56,563 nt of DNA from Steroidobacteraceae bacterium (lineage in GTDB: Bacteria; Pseudomonadota; Gammaproteobacteria; Steroidobacterales; Steroidobacteraceae): the NCBI GenBank assembly GCA_050738555.1, contig JBOHZO010000159.1, positions 1 through 56,563 of the forward strand, in the 5' to 3' direction. Position numbers and translations under genes: made by a program. The notes under the pieces were generated by a model, which searched no databases, was not told where the DNA came from, and worked only from the letters and a program-made list of their open reading frames with translations. Within the stretch, counting starts at the first letter, position 1; the number at the start of each line of letters is the position of its first letter. Positions 51,242 through 56,563 of this stretch are shown here, piece by piece.

Positions 51242-53239
51242 ATGATTCTCGATCGAAAACTTCGGCGAGCGTCCGCCGGCGGCCTGGCGAGCCTTGCAAT
51301 TGCCTGCGGCGCGCCCGCGCCGGCTCATGCGAAGGACCCGTTGCCTGCAGAAATCGTCGGTGAACCGATCCGCCGCGTGTTCGACGGCCGGAGCGACGAC
51401 CTGCTGAGCGCCGGCCTCGGCGCCCCGGGCCTGCGCGGGCCGGCGCCGGGATTCGCCGATCCGCTCGCGCCCAGCGCGCTGGAACTCCGCCGGCGGGCGA
51501 TCTGGACCAACTATCGCGGCCTGGCGGACCTGAGCGAGGCCGGCGGCTTCGGACGGCTTGCCGGACCACGCGAGGGCGAACGCATCGCAGGCGTCGAGTA
51601 TCTCGCGGCGGTGCGAAAGACCGGCGGTGACGGCATCACGACCGTGATGCTGCAGATTCCTTCGCATTTCGATCCAGCGAAACCCTGCCTCATCGCGGTC
51701 GCATCCTCCGGTTCGCGAGGCGTTTACGGTGCGCTGCCGACCGCGGCGGAATGGGGTCTGCGCAAGGGCTGCGCCGTCGTGCACAGCGACAAGGGCACCG
51801 GGACCGGTTTCCATGACCTGGACAGCGGCACGACCTGGCGAATCGATCTGGTTGCGACCGTCGATGCGGACGACCCGCTCGTGACCTGGCACGCGCAAGA
51901 CACGCCGGCACTCGCCGAATGGCGCCGCAAGCATCCGCATCGCATCGCGATCCGCCATGCGCATGACGGCGAGAACAGCGAACGCGACTGGGGACAGTAC
52001 CTGCTGCAGGCGGTCAAGGCGGGATTCACGTTGTTGCAGCGGGAATTTCCGGCCCCGGCCGGGCGACCGGCGATCACGCGCGAGCGCACGCTCGTCATCG
52101 CCGCGGGCATCTCGAACGGCGGCGGGGCCGTGCTCCGGGCCCTGGAAGCGGACCGCGAGAATCTGCTCGATGGCGCCGTCGTTTCGGAACCGAACGTGTC
52201 GATCGAGCAAGGCCACCGGATCGCGATCCGCATGGGCGCGCAGGCATTGATCACCGATTCGATGCCGGCGCTCTTCGATCACGTGCTGATGCATTACCTG
52301 CTGCAACCGGCCGCAGTGCTCGCGCCGGAACAGCCGACCGCCATGACCGCGATTCCCGCTGCGCTGCGCGGCGGGCTCGAAGCCTGGACGGCAGAACTCG
52401 CGGAACGGGGCATTGTCGCCGGCGAGTCGCCGGCTGCGCGCGCCCGCGACGCAAGGCGGCAGCTCGTGGCTGCCGGCGTGCTGCGCGAGGCGCTCGATGG
52501 CGGCATCGCCAACGTCTCGTTCGGGCTGTGGCCCGCGCTCGCGGAGGCGTATGCGAGCGCCTATGCCCGGCTCGGGCCGGAGGCGTCGCCCTGCGGCATG
52601 TCCTATGCGGCGGTCGACGCCGGTTTTCAGGCGCGCGCGCCTGGCGCTGAAGAGCTCGCACGGCTCGCCGCGGATTCCACCGGCGTGCCGCCGACCGCCG
52701 GCATCCAGATCGTCGACGGGGCCGGCCGCTTCGCGTCGTTCGGCAGCATCGAACACCTGTTCTGCGTGCGCGAGTTCTCCAGGTTGGTGGAACTGCGCGC
52801 GGGCATCCGGGCGTCGCAGAGCAGCGCGCAGTCCGGCGGCAAGCCGGTCATCATCCTGCACGGCCGCCGCGACGCGCTGATTCCGGTGAACTTCAGTTCA
52901 CGCGCCTGGTATGCGCTGCACCGCCTGCGGGGTGGCCGTTCCGCGCATTATTACGAGATCGAGCACGGGCATCACTTCGATGCATTCAACGCATTGCCGG
53001 GCTGGGGCGAGCGCTTCGTGCCGATGCAGCCGCAGCTCCTCGCCGCGATGCAGCTGATGGATGCGCATCTGCGCGAAGGGCGGCGCCTGCCGCCGAGCCA
53101 GGTCGTGCGATCGCATACCCGCCGGCTCATCGACGGCCAGCCCGAGCCCGTGACGGCCGAGCATCTCGGCCGCATCGTCGACGTTCCCGCCGCCGACGCG
53201 ATCCGCTTTCGACGCAAGACGCTCGAGGTCCCCGAGTAA
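51242..53239 (+). CDS. D-(-)-3-hydroxybutyrate oligomer hydrolase family protein, exported; start uncertain (51215 or 51242)
   Basis: About 665 aa. Signal peptide ...GGLASLAIACGAPAPAHA, nucleophile elbow GISNGGG. Size and sequence are typical of the 3HB-oligomer hydrolase family as I recall it. Confidence 0.75.
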   Translation: MILDRKLRRASAGGLASLAIACGAPAPAHAKDPLPAEIVGEPIRRVFDGRSDDLLSAGLGAPGLRGPAPGFADPLAPSALELRRRAIWTNYRGLADLSEAGGFGRLAGPREGERIAGVEYLAAVRKTGGDGITTVMLQIPSHFDPAKPCLIAVASSGSRGVYGALPTAAEWGLRKGCAVVHSDKGTGTGFHDLDSGTTWRIDLVATVDADDPLVTWHAQDTPALAEWRRKHPHRIAIRHAHDGENSERDWGQYLLQAVKAGFTLLQREFPAPAGRPAITRERTLVIAAGISNGGGAVLRALEADRENLLDGAVVSEPNVSIEQGHRIAIRMGAQALITDSMPALFDHVLMHYLLQPAAVLAPEQPTAMTAIPAALRGGLEAWTAELAERGIVAGESPAARARDARRQLVAAGVLREALDGGIANVSFGLWPALAEAYASAYARLGPEASPCGMSYAAVDAGFQARAPGAEELARLAADSTGVPPTAGIQIVDGAGRFASFGSIEHLFCVREFSRLVELRAGIRASQSSAQSGGKPVIILHGRRDALIPVNFSSRAWYALHRLRGGRSAHYYEIEHGHHFDAFNALPGWGERFVPMQPQLLAAMQLMDAHLREGRRLPPSQVVRSHTRRLIDGQPEPVTAEHLGRIVDVPAADAIRFRRKTLEVPE

Positions 53240-53685
53240 TCGTCACGGCCGGCCAGCTGCCAGATGAAAATGATCGCGGCCGCAAGGCCGAGCACGCTGC
53301 GAATCGCGTGGAACCGGCCCCATCGGACCAGGAGATCATGGGTTTCTGCGGAGCGAAGGTCGCGCCCAGGCGCGAGCAGCCGCTTGTTGATCATCGGCTC
53401 GATGACGATCAACGTGAAGGGCACGACCGCCAGAATGAGCAGTGCGGCGATGAGCCAGGCGAGGCCTGACCCAAGCCACCAGGCGGCGATGCCGCTGAGC
53501 GAGCCGATGAGCGCAAGCGGCGCCTGCATCAGGGTCGCGCGCTGATAGCTCGGCGCCCATTCGGTCGCAGCGAGCTCGGTGGAGCAGCCCATCCGCGCGG
53601 GATGCTCGACGAGATTGATGTAAATGGCGGCGCCGGCAAAGATAGTCGTGGCGAGCACGGCGACGAATTGAATGATTGGAAGCAT
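52972..53685 (-). CDS. DUF1772 (anthrone-oxygenase-like) membrane protein; only the first ~150 codons look genuine, and the tail overlaps the convergent hydrolase gene
   Basis: MLPIIQFVAVLATTIFAGAAIYINLVEHPAR... with 4 TM segments, RBS AGGAA. After ...IWQLAGRDD the frame stays open for about 90 Arg/Ser-rich codons antisense to the hydrolase 3' end. Confidence 0.6.
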   Translation of the reverse strand: MLPIIQFVAVLATTIFAGAAIYINLVEHPARMGCSTELAATEWAPSYQRATLMQAPLALIGSLSGIAAWWLGSGLAWLIAALLILAVVPFTLIVIEPMINKRLLAPGRDLRSAETHDLLVRWGRFHAIRSVLGLAAAIIFIWQLAGRDDYSGTSSVLRRKRIASAAGTSTMRPRCSAVTGSGWPSMSRRVCDRTTWLGGRRRPSRRCASISCIAARSCGCIGTKRSPQPGNALNASK

Positions 53686-53694
53686 GGCTGTTTC

Positions 53695-54702
53695 CTAACG
53701 CGCACCGACTGCCTCGAGCATGCGCCGAACGCCCGCGAGCTGCAGGCCGTTCCGCGCCGTGTAATTCGCGCCCGAATAGCCCCACCAGTCCCAGCAACCC
53801 TGCGGGTTGAACGGCCAGAAGCGGCTGCGGGCGATCTGCGGATACAGCACGACGATGCGATTGGCGCCGGCCCAGCGGTTGTAGCCGGCGTCGCGCGCGA
53901 AGCTCTTGCCGATGAAGTCGCTGCCCTGCTGGCAGCCGTGAAAGGCCACGTGAATGCGGCAGGGCTTGCCCGCGGCGCAGTCCTCTGGCACGAACAGGAA
54001 GCCGCTGTCCGCGAGCGACGCCAGCATGCCGCCCGTGACATAGCGCCCCTGGCCGAATGTTCGCAACTCACCGGATACTTTACCCGCGGGTTGCCGCAGA
54101 TCGTCGTACAGATGCCGAAGCATCAGGCCCGCGGCATCGTAGGAACAATCGTTGATCCAGGGCGACTGGGCGACACCGCAGGGCCCGCCCCGGCCGTCGG
54201 CCGGAAAACCATGGGCGGCCTCGACCTGGGTCTCGTAATGAATGCGCTCCGGCGGCACGAATTCCCGATAGAAACGCAGCAGTGAATCGGACACCGCCGC
54301 GCCGACTTTCGTGTCGCGCTTGCCGTGGAAGATCCAGACGCGATCCGGCGCGATCCAGGACGGATCGTCGATCGCCCGCGCCAGCGCGCTTGCGCGCAAG
54401 ACCGCGATGAGCGGCCTGACTTCCGGGCCGATCACGCTGCCTTTCGTGCATTCGTCGAGTGCGCGCATCAGCGAGCCCTGCGCGCAGAACCAGGGGCCGG
54501 CGGCGACGATCGCGGCGCCGATCACGTCCTTCGCGTAGGCGACCTGGTATTGCGTCGCCATGTAGCCGCCCGACGAGACACCGGAAACCGTCAGGCTGCC
54601 CGGCAGGATGTTGAAACGCGGCAGGGCATCGGCGGCCCGCGCCGCCGGGATCGCGCTGCCGGCGAGCAGCAGCGCCAGTACCGCGGGACCGGCACCATTC
54701 AT
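53695..54702 (-). CDS. Extracellular PHB depolymerase-family esterase
   Basis: 335 aa. Signal peptide MNGAGPAVLALLLAGSAIPAARA, lipase box GVSSGG, HG.RD and WDWWGY motifs typical of esterase/PHB-depolymerase family proteins. Confidence 0.8.
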   Translation of the reverse strand: MNGAGPAVLALLLAGSAIPAARAADALPRFNILPGSLTVSGVSSGGYMATQYQVAYAKDVIGAAIVAAGPWFCAQGSLMRALDECTKGSVIGPEVRPLIAVLRASALARAIDDPSWIAPDRVWIFHGKRDTKVGAAVSDSLLRFYREFVPPERIHYETQVEAAHGFPADGRGGPCGVAQSPWINDCSYDAAGLMLRHLYDDLRQPAGKVSGELRTFGQGRYVTGGMLASLADSGFLFVPEDCAAGKPCRIHVAFHGCQQGSDFIGKSFARDAGYNRWAGANRIVVLYPQIARSRFWPFNPQGCWDWWGYSGANYTARNGLQLAGVRRMLEAVGAR

Positions 54703-54718
54703 GGTGCCGACGATAGCA

Positions 54719-56563
<1,845 letters not shown>

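Overview
High-GC (about two-thirds G+C by eye), gene-dense proteobacterial chromosomal segment. I saw no rRNA, tRNA, CRISPR array, transposase, integrase or prophage genes.

Conserved core blocks:
- yicC, a PP2C phosphatase, then rph-rdgB.
- An M48 protease, rpmE, hemW and gltA.
- ponA(mrcA) divergent from pilMNOPQ-aroK-aroB-dGTPase-pyrF-hemE. This synteny is typical of Pseudomonas/Xanthomonadales-like Gammaproteobacteria; the taxon is an inference.

Accessory blocks:
- 24.9-29.2 kb: a winged-helix/TPR regulator, a permuted DsrEFH/TusBCD-like trio and a Tat-exported FAD oxidase.
- 29.2-34.7 kb: fadD and tesA/ybbA/ybbP.
- 34.7-42.4 kb: a PQQ dehydrogenase, a small membrane protein, a DUF4139-like protein, a MOSC protein and a 934-aa lipase/macro-like/CHAT-protease fusion.
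- 42.6-50.2 kb: a 2-aminobenzoyl-CoA (salicylyl-CoA)-type aerobic CoA-thioester catabolic operon with an embedded MarR.
- 50.3-56.5 kb: an extracellular PHB-scavenging locus (bdhA, 3HB-oligomer hydrolase, PHB depolymerase, TonB-dependent receptor).

Non-coding highlights:
- A dispersed palindromic repeat family (core AAAGGGGACGTTCACCTT, usually TTAA-flanked) fills five intergenic gaps. It supplies stop codons or C-terminal codons to several genes, and its right arm ends directly before the aroK start codon.
- A GEMM-I (c-di-GMP-I) riboswitch with its own promoter lies upstream of a secreted Cys-rich protein that has an acidic (GDEGG)n tail.
- Two perfect inverted DnaA boxes sit in a strongly AT-rich island upstream of rpmE.
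- A perfect 26-bp inverted repeat lies upstream of the rhomboid gene.
- A decayed about 60-bp duplicate of an internal yicC segment lies next to yicC.

Many long ORFs in the six-frame track are antisense shadows of real genes, as expected in high-GC DNA, and were rejected. All domain calls rest on motif recognition by eye, not on database searches.
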